A DNA stretch of 64,000 bases. Origin: Octopus sinensis (lineage: Eukaryota). The notes under the pieces were generated by a model. That model saw only the letters and a list, made by a program, of their open reading frames with translations, did not search any database and had not been told where the DNA came from. The stretch spans positions 72,726,001-72,790,000 of the forward strand of contig NC_043006.1 of the NCBI RefSeq assembly GCF_006345805.1, written 5' to 3'. This document shows positions 1-13,872 of this stretch, piece by piece (within the stretch, counting starts at the first letter, position 1; every line of letters starts with the position of its first letter). The position numbers were made by a program, and so were the translations under genes.

Positions 1-540
1 TCACTCTCTTTATAAAATGTGTGGATGTCTTTAATTCCTGCTTCTCTCACACTCTCTCTTTCTGTCTTTAAACTTTGAAAATGTTTTTCAAAAGTGTTTT
101 TGTGACATTTTATTTTTTTTCCTGGATATTAATATCTTTATCAATCTAAATAGAACTGAACTTTAAGAAAGAGCTGAAAACATAAGCAAATCAGCAGATG
201 TTGTCATAAAACATTCTGTTTTTTATACTATTTTAACAAATGATTTTTTTTTCCTTTTGATTGTTTTTGATATCTCACTTGAATACTAACATATGCGTTC
301 ATCTGCTTTTGCACATATCAACTGCTTGCTATACATCAGTAACCTACAGTTTGGTAAATAAATAAACCTGCTGTGACTGGCAATTGACCTTAAACTGTAT
401 TCATATCCTCTAGGGATCATTTTGCTATTGGAATTAATATTCTTTTATTTATTAGTTTGATAAGAGACCAGTGACTGTCTTTGTTAGGCCGTTCCTGGGG
501 TGATGTCAGCACAGTCAACATTTAATTTTAATCATAGGCT

Positions 541-1270
541 CCGAGGTGAAGGGAAATATGAACAGAGAATGAGTTCCAAGAAGGCATAGTTCTAACGAAG
601 CTTGATTGAACATATAAGTACAGTGGCTTTTGTGTGGCCAGTCAAAGGGTGTTGAGTGGGCTTAGGTGTGGATAGTAATGCCATTCTTGTAACAATTGAA
701 GAGACAAGCATGGACTTAGCAATCAGGTACAGATAGCTTTGCCCTGGATGCCACCAAGGAGTTTTGTATGAATTGTTTACCTTTCCAAATGCATGAGACA
801 CATTTGTACTTTGTATAAAGGGTTAGACTTACTTGGTGTTAAGTAGTGTGGTGGCTCTAAAGAAGGAATCCAGCTTTTGTAGTGTTGTTTCAGTTAAGTT
901 TGATATATAGAGTCTGAACAGTTTCAAACATAGGTTTGGCATGTGTAACCATGGATTGTTCATGAGTAAAAACATTGTAGGTTTGTTTGATTGAAGCAGG
1001 GAGCATATACTAAATGTAACTTATCAAATAGTAAGATAAACAAGCTTCCCACTAAACTTCTTCAAGGCAACTTAACTCTGATGTTTGACATAGGAAAGAA
1101 TTCAAATTTTCCATTATTAAGAAGACATGGTATAAGGAAAGATGATTCTTCATTATAACCACTAATATCTTGATTGGTAACCTCTCCAAGTAACTGTTCA
1201 TCTTGGAAATGATTTGTGTTTATCTTTGAATGTCCAGAGAGCTGAGTGGAAATTGAGGCCACTCAGCTCT
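541..1270 (-). mobile_element. Degenerate CR1/L2-type LINE 3' fragment
   Basis: Minus-strand translation gives broken RT C-terminal-like motifs (LYKVQ..., SSFVRTMPSWNS, cf. SFFPRT..LWNSLP) with many stops. Boundaries are approximate. Confidence 0.45.
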
Positions 1271-3436
1271 ATAGATGTCTGTCAGCTACTTTTTTTATGT
1301 TGGTTTTTATGTACCAGGGCTCAGTATATTCAATGACAATAATACTGTGATATTTCAGCAAAGAGGAAATGTAGGGTGAAGGGAGGATTCATCATGATGG
1401 TCTATAACTCAAGTTAGTTAGAGAGGAGGTTAAGTACATAGATACTGACCGATGAAAATAGCAAATGTTTCAGCTTCTGCTCTGGAAGAGTTTGCTGTAT
1501 GTCTGTAAGCTAGTGTGGCAGAAACATTACAACACTGAATTAAATGCTTTTCCAGTATTTTATTTCATTGCATTATGTTCTGATTTGGTAAAAAAGATAG
1601 GTGAGGTACCAGTCAAGTACTGGGTTCAATTCACTTGATCCTATTCCTTCTTGACAAATTCAAGGCTTTGTGCCAAAGGTAGCATCTGTAGAGCACAGGA
1701 CTAAATATGGTAGGAATATAGTTTACATTCCTTTATGCTCTCTTAGTTTATTTAATGCCGAAATCAAACTTGCCTTTCATCCTTTGAGAGTTAATGAAAT
1801 GAGCACTGGAATGGGGTGGGTTTGGAGTTTAGTTAAGTCATATATATACTCTTGTCAACGTGTGTAACCCTTTGCTAAAGTAAGAAGTAATTATTGGTGC
1901 CATGAATTTATATCACATTGTGATCTGGTTTACATAACCAGTTAAAGACATACATGTTTAAACTGTTAAATAATACTCAGTAAAAACCTGAAATGTCACA
2001 ACCTGTTATTCCTCTTCACTAAATAAATCTGACAAAAGAAATATTTTGTTAGTGTAGAAGTTAGAGTTTAATGAATTAGTGTTTCTCTCCCCTGCCATTT
2101 ATGCTTTCCAAGCTTTGGTTTATGAAATAACAAACTTTATGTATGTTATAGAAAAAGTATTTAGCTCCATGAAATATTTAAATCAGAACATATTTGTTCC
2201 TAATCCTATCAAAAGATTATCTTCTGTTGATCATTGTTATTTGCTTTTACTGTTGTATTTGATAAACAAAAACAAAACAGAAGAAACTTTAAAGATAAAC
2301 TCTGTATGTGGGATTCTAATTATTTAAGATCAAGATTGTTAGAATGCTTAAGATCAGTTAATGCTAGAAGTTTATTAACTTTATTATTATTTAATTAGCA
2401 ATTGGTATTGCCAGTGGTTGTGTAGAAACTGTACTCCGAGAGACATCTATATTTTAGTCTTTTGTAATAAAACTAAAACAACATCTGTTTGAATGATGTT
2501 TGTTAAATCATCATTTTCTGTACCTCACAGAAAGTTTACAAAGGTTTATATCTAATTTGAAGGGTGTAAGACAGGTATGATAGATCTGAAAAGAATTTTA
2601 TTCAAAATTTGGATAACCTGTATGTTGTTACAATATTTCATTAATCAGTTGTAACCAAAGCTATTTCCCCCAGTAAAAACTGTTTATGTGCACATGTAAT
2701 ATATATTGCTTTTATATCTGTGCACATTGAAAAGGGGTTTTGTTTTATATAGCATCATTGTGGAATGGTTTTGTTATAGAATAGCTCAGTTATTTAAAAT
2801 CTCTTTCACATTTTGAGTAAACACTCAATATTTTATCTGATATTCATGGCAGTTCCTGTGATATCCAATATTTTGGCTTGCAAATCTTTTAACAAGCTAC
2901 CATCAAGTTGTGTAAGTTATTTAAGGTATACTGCAACAAAAGTTTCAGCTACAATAATTGATTTTTTTTTTTTTTTTTTTTTTTTTGTGAGGTAAGGTTA
3001 AACTAAAGAAAGAACATATCAAAATACTCATTCATTTGCAGAATAATTTTCTCTTTTAAGAAGTAATTGTTGAATAAGGGTATTATTGCTCCTACCACTG
3101 AGATACTTTAATAATTGTTTAAAGCTATATACCCTGTTCATCTTAGCTGTGTTTGTTATTTACCTAAACTTCGATATCTTACCTTTACTAGTTAACCCTT
3201 TTGATACTCACCTGAGACTGCTCCTGGCTCTAGAATACAAAATTCCTATTTTTAAAGTGATATAAATTAAAACTTCCCATCAAAATTTCATATTGATTTG
3301 TTTTGAAACACCAGTTTAATAAAGATGTTATCTTATTAAATTTTTCATTTTTTTTTTCTCAAAATAATTTTAAAGAAAAGCAATGCATTATGTATACTAT
3401 TAGTCGGACTGGTGTTTTCATCATGATTAATACTTT

Positions 3437-3482
3437 CACTCCATTCTGGCAGTTGTCCATACTCCAGCCTTTTTCAGGTGTC
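3437..3482 (-). ncRNA. Second, more decayed hammerhead-like motif (inverted copy of 3608-3649)
   Basis: Minus strand reads gacacCTGAAAAAGGCTGgagtatggacaactgccagaatggagtgaaag, alignable with gacacCTGAAGAAGGTTGgagtgcacaatgaccaaaatgtagtgaaag at 3606. Confidence 0.4.
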
Positions 3483-3607
3483 TTGTGTCAAACTTGTATC
3501 GGAATTTCAAACCTAACCCTTTATTTGATCCACAAGGATACATTGTTTTCATTCTGTTCTCTGCATTTCATGACATTTTTTTCTCTACAGTTGATTTTTT
3601 TTTTTGA

Positions 3608-3649
3608 CACCTGAAGAAGGTTGGAGTGCACAATGACCAAAATGTAGTG
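3608..3649 (+). ncRNA. Decayed minimal hammerhead ribozyme motif
   Basis: cac-CTGAAGA-aggt...gacc-AAAA-TG-TA-gtg. The departures from GAAA and from the ACGT palindrome both sit at CpG positions. Confidence 0.5.
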
Positions 3650-6496
3650 AAAGCAAGAATCAGAATGAGGACATCAATCCGACTAATGTAAATAGTGTAC
3701 ATAATATAAATTCCTCATCTCAGAAATACAGAATTGCAAAAGCTAAAAAATGTGATAACAAAAGGGTTAAATATTTAAACTCCTCATTAAATAACTAAAA
3801 ATAAAGTTAGTACACGTAATGCTTTTAATATATTTTTTCAACACATTTCCTTTATTTTTCAAATAACTAAATGCAATATTTAAGAATATATTTATTTTCT
3901 AAAAAAAAAAAGAAAATTCACTGTACTCTAGATGTTTTCTATAATCTAATCCTTTGAAACTATCACCATTTGATAAATATTTTTAGAGAGTTTCTTTTAT
4001 CTTTTAACTGTTTGATTTGTCTCTGTCTCAGATAGTTGCTGTAGTAAACATCTTTTGAGAAACTAAATCTTTTCAAGAGGATTAATTTTCCTAAATGAGT
4101 ATTTTTTACTCAGATATAAATCATAGTCCAGAAAATCTGTAATGTTCCTCTCTAAGATGCAATATTTATATTTAAATAGTAGATATGCCTGTAAGTTTCC
4201 CCTCTACATGCCACCGATGCAAGGACTGACAACAGCTTTGATACTAGTGTCATTACAAGTGTTATTTGCAGAACACATAGAAGCAGAAACAAGGCATCCT
4301 GTTCAGTGTGATGTCTTGTCAATTGCACTAATCCATTACTCTTACTCTTGACCTATACAGTATTTATCAACCCTTAAACAGTGAAAGGCAAAGTTTACCT
4401 CAGCAGAGTTTGAACTCAGAGTACATAGAGCCAGTACAAATACCATTAGACACTATACCCAGTGCTCTAATGACTGCCAATTCTCTGATTCCTGATGAGA
4501 AATAGAAGCCAATTGACTTATGTTTAGAGTCAAAGTGTGTAATAACCAAGAGAAATTCAGCGTTTGAGGTATTCAGTTAAAATTTTTCAGTTGGTAGTTA
4601 AATTCTTCCTTTTAGTATTTCACTTCAAATTTAATTCCCTATATCAATAGAGTATGTAAATCAAAACTACTTACTTATTTTGTAAGGGTTTATTAATTTT
4701 TTTTTTTAACACCTATTTAATATTTATAAAAGTTTCTTGTAAGATTAGACATCATTTTGCTTTTGAAGTGTTAGAATGTATACAGACATGACAGTAAGTA
4801 ATCCTTGCAGAATATCTCTTTCATCTTCGATATTTCTTTTGAGATTTTCTTCTTTGTAAAGCTAAAGCTTTATTAAGTTGAAATAATCAATTTTTGCTTA
4901 TATGCATTCAGTGCTTTTACAATGTTTTTCTTCTTTTTTCTTCTTAATATTTTTTTTTATTTTGCTGTATGACATATGTATATAATATATATATATATGG
5001 TTGCCATCTTTTAAACCCTGAGAAAGTTTTGTATAACATATCTTTTAAAGATTTTATATCTAAAATCCGTTGTTTGTTGGGTGATTAAATTCATATTCTT
5101 GTGCATGTATTTGTGTAACAATGCCTAACTAACTGCAGTGTTCATCAAATTTAAACTATCTCCTCCTCTCTTTCTGCATATAATATCTTGTACTAATCCA
5201 TCTTCCTCACCCTTCAGTTGTCTTTTACTCTTTTATTACACATACATTAACGTGTATGTGTGCACACGTCATTTTGATTTTACCTTAAAAACTGGTATAT
5301 GCCACTTCACCAGTCTCTTTAATATTTACTGGCTGTTAACTTATAATGTCTCATATTAGTGCAATAGTAAAAGCTAGCAGTATAGTCTGGCTATTGTAAG
5401 TAACAAGCTGGGATACTATTATATTTATCTAAGCATATAAAATATCTGTGCATGTCAAGTTTATGGTTAATGATTTAGTTAGTAAAATCTCTTGTATCAT
5501 TAAAACCTTCCTTGTAAGTCTCACACATTTCTCTTGCGCTGTCACCTCATCTTTTATTTGGTGAGTGGCTATTGTGATGTATTGATTACAAAATGTTTAC
5601 CTAAGTGTACCATCAGAATCCCTAGGCTAAAAGTAAACCATAGTTACTTCACCAGGCTGCAAGTAGAGTAGTCAGAACCTGCTTACCAGCTTCTTTCATT
5701 CCAAATTCTTATTCCAACTATTCCCCTGTCTAGTATTGAATGTCTTTGGCAATATTCTTTCTTAGATACCTGCCTCCCCTGTTTTCTTTGTTTTCTTTTA
5801 TAATTCAGTATTTTTTCTTACATTTTTTACAACCTGCTTTCATAATATTAATTTAAGACAGAAGATTCATAAATATAAAAAAAAAATTGAAGAAAAATAT
5901 TAATACAAATTGGATCAATTTTAAAGACTATTTTAAAAATAAAGTTTTGGTCGTTTTAAATTTAAAAAAAAAAGTCATCCTGATAAACAAAAATATTTAC
6001 TATGCATATTTCTGCTTTTAATACTACTGAAAACAATAATATACTATATAGCACTGTTCTTATATGGACGAAATAAAATGCTTTTGAAAAGAGAGAAAGA
6101 GAGAGAGAGAAAGATAAAAGTGATTCCAAAAGAAATATTTTAATAACAGAAAAAAATTGGCAATTATAGTAATTGGAAATATCTTATTTCTATCAATCTA
6201 TTATTAAAGTATACAAATTTTTGTAATTTTTCTTTCTGTCTTTCTTTATAACTTTTTCTTCAGTTTCAATATTTAAAATAAAACAATCCACACATTTTTC
6301 TTAATTTTATTTTAAACTATTAAAATAAATATTAAAAAAAAAATGTTTATTTTATTTTTGTTTTTGTTTTGTTATTTTTTGTTTCCTCTCTAATTCATAA
6401 GTCTACAAATCTTGTTGTATGTAAACTGAGCCGGGGCCACCAACCTAGAATCTGAACGTCTTCTTGCCGTTTCATATTTCCCTCTTCTACTGACAG

Positions 6497-6690
6497 GAAG
6501 ACACACGGTGTGGATGCATGGTGGCAGCCTTCACACGAGACACGCAGACTCACCCTCTCTGTTTATTTGCAAATTCCTCGTGGGCTCAGGCGAAGAGTGT
6601 GGCCGATGCTTTGCCTCTCAGTATCAACTGCAGAAGCATAAAAGCATTGAAAATCACCACCAAAAGAGAGGGCGGCCCAAGAAAAACTGA
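6497..6690 (+). CDS. Putative alternative terminal exon of the d4/DPF gene encoding a C2H2 zinc finger (C-x9-C-x3-F-x5-L-x2-H-x5-H) followed by an AT-hook-like KRGRPKK
   Basis: Strong acceptor (ttcatatttccctcttctactgacAG, AG at 6495-6496). Phase-1 reading gives (G)RHTVWMHGGSLHTRHADSPSLFICKFLVGSGEECGRCFASQYQLQKHKSIENHHQKRGRPKKN, ending in TGA at 6688-6690. The entry phase equals that of the PHD exon at 7096, and the segment is GC-richer than the flanking intron. Linkage to d4 is inferred. Confidence 0.6.
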
Positions 6691-7095
6691 AAATCTACTT
6701 TCCCAATGGGGGCCCAAAATGTTCATTAATGAGGCTGTTTTGAAAAGGTGCGAAGCTATTTCAAATTTTTTGTTAGTTTGGATAAGTGCTGGTGAACAAT
6801 ATCTTACCTTTATATAAACAATATGCAGATACATATTTGAATTTATCATTAAAAGCAGTTATAATTGATAATTTCTGGATGAATTTTTTTAAGCAAGGAA
6901 ATTGATAGCACAATAATTCTAAACTTATCTGTTCTGTAACTGCTTTCTTGCTTGCAGCCTGGGTGTAATGGTGGCAGGGTTAACATAGATGGGATTCTAG
7001 TTTGCCATGTTGTGTAGTGTTGTGCTTTCTTCAGTTACATCCCACTGTCTTCAAGCATTTAGTTTTTTTTATTTTTGTTTTTGTTAATCTTTCAG

Positions 7096-7221
7096 CAAAA
7101 TCTATTGATGGCAAAGTGGCTCCAAATAATTACTGTGATTTCTGCCTCGGAGACTCACAAGAGAACAAGAAGACGCGTCAGCCAGAAGGCCTAGTATCCT
7201 GCAGTGATTGTGGACGATCAG
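7096..7221 (+). CDS. d4: d4/DPF (requiem/ubi-d4, DPF1/2/3 family) exon: start of PHD1
   Basis: AG at 7094-7095 and GT at 7222-7223, phase 1 to 1. Encodes [41 protein letters not shown], matching the d4-family [11 protein letters not shown]...[11 protein letters not shown] signature. Confidence 0.95.
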
Positions 7222-8730
7222 GTAAAGGCTTTCATTCATTTAACTTTTCTTACATCCAGTATCTTAATCTTTACTTTGGGTACCATTTATATGTGTTTGT
7301 TTTTCCGTTGACAAAAAGAATTTTACAATGAACTGAAGGATTACGCAATACTTTTTATGAAATATTAATTTTTTTACAGGAAGAGTAATTACAGTGACTT
7401 TGAAGTTTTGGCCTGTTATCTTTCTACAAACTGTCAGATGAAAGACAGCAAGCCAAAACTTTGAAGTCATTGTCTTCACTCTTTGTGTAAGAGTATAATA
7501 TACTCTTGAGGAGTATATGTGTTGAGGAAACTTGTTGTTAGACTCCTTGCAGCAGTTAAGTGATTTGACAAGAAACTTTGCAATTTTAAGTTTGGTTTTA
7601 GTATCAGAGTTTTGTGTATTTGCAACAAAAATCTAAGTCCTGTTTGTTGATTATTTGGCAAAAGATATTTGGAAATATTGAAAGTCTGCCTTCTTAACAC
7701 CAGCTCCTTTTAGTCACCTCTTATGACATGCAGGGATAAGTACAGTTTATAGTTGAGTGTCATAAAACAGAACTAAAAGGGCTGGTATCAGGAAGAGTAT
7801 TTGGTTGTTAAACTGTGCCAAAACTTCCAGTCCCAACCCATGCCAGTTTGGAAGAACAGGCGTGAAAATGATGGTAGTTAAACCTATTATTTTCTTATGT
7901 TGTTTCAACATATAATTATGTGATGATATAAGCTATAATTTAGATCATACTATTACATTAATGTAATCTTGAAATACATTAATGAACATTGTTTAAAACT
8001 ATATCATGAGACAAATCTGTGAACCAAGGAAATATATATCCATGTGATGTGAAAATATTCTATATTATTAAGCTTATTTACTGGGTGATTTAATTTACTA
8101 AATATTTGAAATCTAGCTTTGACAGACTAGGACAGGAGCTGTATTTTATTGGTTTTGTTCATGCATAGGAAAAAATATTAAAAATTACTATGTTGCTTTT
8201 TAGTAAGCTAATAAACAATTTTATATACCTCTGTCTTCCTCCATAAATACAAAAACAAATACACAGCCCAACAGTTACTGAGCAAAATTGTAAAAACCCT
8301 ATAATATTTATCTCAATTACATATTTAGTACATATAAGGAAACATTTTAAGGAAGCTTGGTTTTAAATTCTGTACCAAAACAACTATTTTGGCTGCATCT
8401 TCTCTTCCATTGCTGTTATAGATCCTTCATGGTGTATCATTATAGTTTCGACATTTACAATTTTGCCCCCCATCCAAATGTTACAATTATATTTCATACT
8501 CTCTTTCTCAGAGCTCTGATACTGTTTGCAATTGTAAGTATAACAACTTGCCATTAACACTCCTCTTTAGGTTATTTATTACTCAGAATTTTTTTTTCTC
8601 TTTTTATCATTATTATTAAAAGAAAGTTTATATTTTAATTGCTTGGCTACAAATGCTCATGAAAATTACATTAATTTTCTTGCTTGAGCTTTACAATTTC
8701 TTCCAATCCATTTTGTTTGTCTTGATCCAG

Positions 8731-8843
8731 GGCATCCATCCTGCCTGCAGTTTACTCCAAACATGATTATATCCGTGAAGAAATATCCTTGGCAATGTAT
8801 CGAATGCAAGTCTTGTGGTCTCTGTGGGACATCCGATAATGAT
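8731..8843 (+). CDS. d4: d4/DPF exon: end of PHD1 and start of PHD2
   Basis: cttgatccAG acceptor and GTAAGC donor, phase 1 to 0. Encodes [38 protein letters not shown]. Confidence 0.95.
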
Positions 8844-11800
8844 GTAAGCATATGTTTGCTTTTCTTTTTTTATTTCTTTTTTTTTTATTACTTATATATA
8901 TATTTCTTTGAAAATCTATTTGCATCTTCTTAGTGCTGTTGCTACTATAGCTTCTATTGCCACTGTTTTGATTTGTTGTATGGTTAAAAAAAAAAGATTT
9001 GAGAAATTTGCATTTAAGAAAATTCACATTTCATGTCCTTAGAGGATTGTTGCTTAGATTTTTCCCCCATTAACCAGATTTAAATAAACTTAAATTAACA
9101 GAACTGTTTTTAATTACCAGTGGAAATTTCTGACTTGTGACTGAAATCGAAGGATTCAAAGTAACTCTCATTTTGTTACATTAATTTTTCATAGCATGTA
9201 TTGTTTTCCAGGTTAAACTGTTTTAAGAATTAATTTTTGTTTTGTCTTATTCTGTCAGATTTGTACAAATATATCAACACTGTTATTACTATAAGAAATG
9301 TTATGGGAATTGACCAAGAAATGATATGTATTTATTGTGAGTGTTACACCTGTTGTTTAGCCCCAAGTCATCCTTGATTGAATAGACTTCCATTTTTGTA
9401 CTTCAAGGACTCCTGCTACATTGTTCGATGTATCTGTCCTTTTTAAAGATGGTAGGGTATGATTTGACAGATTTGTGACTATGTAAGGTATTGATTCTCA
9501 ATCACAGGTAAATTTACTCGTCGGGGTAAATATTTATGTGGTAAAGGATACATATATCATACTTTATCCTATATTAGTAATCCACAAGGTTTATTAAAAA
9601 TTTATTTTGGTGAATAATGAAAACATGATAAGTTGTGATGTTTTCTGTTATATTGATTGTATTTTTGCATGGGATTAAGCTGAAGGTGGTAAATGAGAGA
9701 GGAACAGTTAAGAATCACTGCCATGGAGTTTTCCTGATTTGGCTTGTAGGAAACCTGTTTTCCAGCATCGCAGTGAGTTAGATGCTAATTATAGGGGCAA
9801 TCTAAATGATAGGACATTGGTTTGATCCTAATCTCATGAACTACAGTGTTCCATATCTGCTTTCTTGGTACCTATGAGTCACTATAAAAATCTATCTAAA
9901 GTACTAAATTTTTTGAAATGATGCAGTTTCTTTTTACTTTTAAACTTTGATTTACACCAAATTACTAAAAATATTAGCTGCTAACATCTAAAAAAAAAAC
10001 ATTCTCAAACATTTCTGTTTATCCAAATTTATGTCAAAGTATTAACAATCATGTATTATTGGATAAGGCAATGTGAGTTATCTGTGGAATGATATATTTT
10101 TAATGAGATGTAACTTATATATAACATATTGGATATGAGGATTAATGACCTGTAAAATTCTTATGGACATTAGATTATCAAATAATATTGCATATATATA
10201 TACTCAGGTGAAATAAATAGCTGATTTGTCGTGTGTGGGTGTTATAGATACCAGCTTGGAGAACATTTTGTCAGTAAAACTGTTTTGTCTTGCAGTTAGC
10301 TTTCCCATTTATTACTTGTCTCTACCATGGTCACTGTTAATTATTTTTAAATTAGTTAATAGCGATAATTTATATTTAGTAGGCATCCCTGCAGTTCTAG
10401 ATTGGTGCTTTGCAATATACACAAATGATAGAACTGTCAAGAGCACGTGTGAAGTGTAATACACACACACAAACACACACAAGCACAACAAGCATCTCCA
10501 GTTATATTCTCCTAGTCTTTTACTTTATAAAGCCACTCTGTGTTCATTCAACAGAACCCTATTTACTTCTCTCATCATAAAAGACCTGCAGTAACAGACA
10601 ATGCTTCACTAAGTGGGGTTCAGTAAGAAAGATCTTCAGAGTTGTCACCATACTGATGAAGATTAAACTCAATACTGCATTCTATATCTAATTTAATAAA
10701 TTAATTAAAAACGCATGTGTTCCCGCCTCCCCCCCAAGAAATAGCCATTTAGAAAATTATAGTTCTCACCTGTAAGGATATAATTTCAATTAATTAAGAT
10801 TTCTGGGTTTTCCACATCAAGTATGCTAGTGTCCACTAAAAACTAGATTTAGGTGGTTAATGGCAAGAGCTGGCATTGTTTATTTTGTTTTGAACTTAGC
10901 TTTCATGTCAGATACAACACCTGATAAAGTGTGACCTTGTATTCTTGCAGACCAATCTGTTTTTGATGTAATCAGGTTTGCAACAGCATGGATCAAGAAA
11001 CTGCAGGATATTTGCTGTAGGTATTGTAAAACTGAGAACAACTGTGACCATGGGTAGCACATTTTAACACATCTAGCACTGACCCACAACTCCAGCTAAT
11101 TACCGGCAAGCTTTTGTGACCCACCAAATTCGCTTTACTTCAATCTAAATCTAATCTTAACAACTGCACTTATTATTAATACATGCATTATCTTTTTTCA
11201 GAGACTGTTTATATCTAGACTTAGTTATCATCTTCATTAGTGTTTACCAATTCTTTAGCTATCAATTTAGCCTTTCACTATTTACACCTATCACTATTTC
11301 ACCAATCACTAACATGCTGGTTACTGGTTGTTACTATTAGCCACACTACATCAAACTTCATATTTAGAGCTTTGTTAGCTTCAAAATTTCATTTACTATA
11401 TTCAGATTAATATTTTCTCAGTTTTTGTTGTTAAATATTTTCTCCATTAGAAATGTCCAAAGTTGTCTTGCAGAGTAGAAATTCAAAAATATTTTCTGAT
11501 ATATATATATATATATATCTGTTCCTATTTCCTGAAAATATGTACAGTTCTCTGCAAACTTTAAGATCTTTTCTGACTAGCAGTGAATTATAGGATAAAG
11601 ACATATAAACAAGTTGATATTGAATAAAATAGTTTCCTAATTCATAAATAAAAATAAATAATATTACTTTGTCATGAAATAAGCCACAATGGATGTGAAA
11701 TTAAACTGCTGAATTATAATAGCTTTACAGCACATGCTGAAATAAGAAAAGAATCTGAGCATATTTGTAAATTCTGAATAAATATTGGCTTCTATTGTAT

Positions 11801-12947
11801 ACCAGCAGTATTATAGAAGATTTTAGTTGAATTGATTTTAATGAGATGTAAGGAACAAGGGTGGTATTGCTGTTTTCTGTTAGGTTGGTTTTGTCAATAA
11901 GGCTACTCTAGCATCTGGTTTAATCAAAGTATTACCAAGTAGTATCTTTTAGAAAATTCTTTATAGAAAACTTATGTCAAAATAGGTGCATGTGTGGCTA
12001 TATGGTTGAAAAGCTTGTTTCCTAGCCATGTGGTCTCAGGGTTCTGTTCCACAGTGCGGCACTTTGGGCACGTGTCTTTTACTATTGTCTGTGGTTGACC
12101 AAAGCCTTGCATGTGGAGTTAATAGGCAGAGGCTGATAGGGGTCCGTTGTGTGTTTTTGTGTTTACCCTTGTCTAGACATCACATGATGGTTGTAAATGA
12201 GCATCATTGTCTTGCAAGCGAGGTTGTTCATTTCCCGTCTTCCACGAAAAACACGTCTAGTTACTGGAAAATATTGCCTTTCTTGGAAATAGATGTGGGT
12301 TATCAACAGAAAGAGCATTTGACCATAGAAAATCTACCTCAACAAATTCTTTCTGACCCATACAAACAATGAAAAGTGGACATTATTAAATGGATGATGT
12401 ATGTTAACTCAAAAATAATTTCTTTCCTTGCAAATGAATTTTTTTCTGCAGTGGGCAAAAGCTCAGACTAATGGCAAAGTTAGTCATTTTCACATTATGT
12501 TGAAGTTGGTTTCTAATGACATACGAGATACAGTGAAGCCCATATTTTTCTAGTCCCCAAATTAAATAGCTGTACTGTTTCAGTTTATTTTATTATTAGA
12601 TTTATTAAACAACAAAAAAGATGAGGACAAATATCCGTCAAATGTAAATAATAAACAAAAAGAATTGCTTGTTATGAAGGAAATTTGAAGTGTTCTTATT
12701 CACATTGAGCAATATTATAACATGAACCAAATAGCCAAATCATTTCATCATTTATGTGTAAAATCTTTTGATAAGCCTGTAATCTGTAAATAGCTCTATT
12801 ATAAATATGTTTAATTATTTTCTAATTAGTTGTCATTTAAATGAATTATATGTTCTTTGGCTTTCTAAGTTTCATTCCATTATTTTCCCAAATTTTTGTT
12901 TTGCATTGTTTCATGTGGAGACTTTTACTATTTCATACGCACACACA

Positions 12948-13790
12948 CAAGGTGGTTTCAAAAAGTCTCCAAACTAGTCCTGTAGCATGCCAACAGATGG
13001 CAGCACACACTTGTATGTGCACTGAAAGCTAGCAGTGACCTTCATGAGGCAGTGTGACCAGTGATGTCATTGGGTTTACTTCACAAATATGTGTTTTTGT
13101 GATCACATGTATGCTGTAGTCTGCAATTTTTTTCATGGATAGGAACAAAGAGCCAACATGAAATTTTGTATTAAACTTGGGAAGTCTGCTACAGAGACAT
13201 TGAACATGCTTCAGTAAGCTTATGGAAATGAGGCATTGGATTGTACACAATGTTTCAAGAGGCCTGGGTGCTTCAAAAGTAGAAGAATGTCCCTAGAAGA
13301 CCTGCCATGAGTGTCACCCCCAGAAATTTGGTTTTGTGCATCGAGAATTTGTCCCCCAGAGCTAGACCACCAATTGAGAGTTGTACTGCGATGTTTTTAA
13401 GTGTTTAATGAAGGACATCCAGTGAAAGCGACTGGATCTGTGGACTACAAAGAATTGGATTTTTCACAACAACAATGCATCCTGTCACCAAGCTCGTCTT
13501 ACTTGTGAGTTTCTTGCCAAAAACAACATGGTATCACTTCTGCACCTGCCCTATTTACCAAATTTAGCATCTGCAGGCTTCCATCTTTTCTTCAAGATGA
13601 AAATGCAACTCAAAGGTACTGTTTTAACACCGTTGTCGAGATCCAGAGTGAATCACAGAAGGTCCTTGACCTACTTACAGGAAAACAACGTCCAGGCCGG
13701 ATTCCAAAAGTGGCAGGAACACTGGGACTGGTGTAAAAAGTTATTTTTTATTATGCATAACTACTCCTGGAACCTTTTGATACCACCTTG
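12948..13790 (+). mobile_element. Internally deleted mariner element in a d4 intron
   Basis: Imperfect TIRs (caaggtggtttcaaaaagt / accttttgataccaccttg). Broken transposase: EQRANMKFCIKLGKSATETLNML, then EFVP, WIFHNNNASCH, HLPYLPNLAS, KMKMQLKG. Confidence 0.75.
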
Positions 13791-13872
13791 TGTGTGTGTG
13801 TGTGTGTATATGTATGTATGTTACGTATATATATATAAAATTAATTTTCCTTTCTTTTCTTTCTCCTATTAG

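Larger units (their letters stand above)
3196..3766. mobile_element. piggyBac-like non-autonomous element (MITE)
   Basis: TTAA at 3192-3195 and 3767-3770 flank CCCTTTTG(A/T)TA terminal inverted repeats. No ORF. Confidence 0.7.

Noticed and set aside
335-360. Upstream d4 micro-exon near 341-354
   Set aside because: An AG and a GTAAAT are present, but there is no d4-like coding content and no phase support. The upstream d4 exons probably lie outside the window.
6518-6849. ORFs 6518-6817 (+) and 6586-6849 (-) as separate genes
   Set aside because: They are alternative-frame or antisense shadows of the zinc-finger exon with no motif content.
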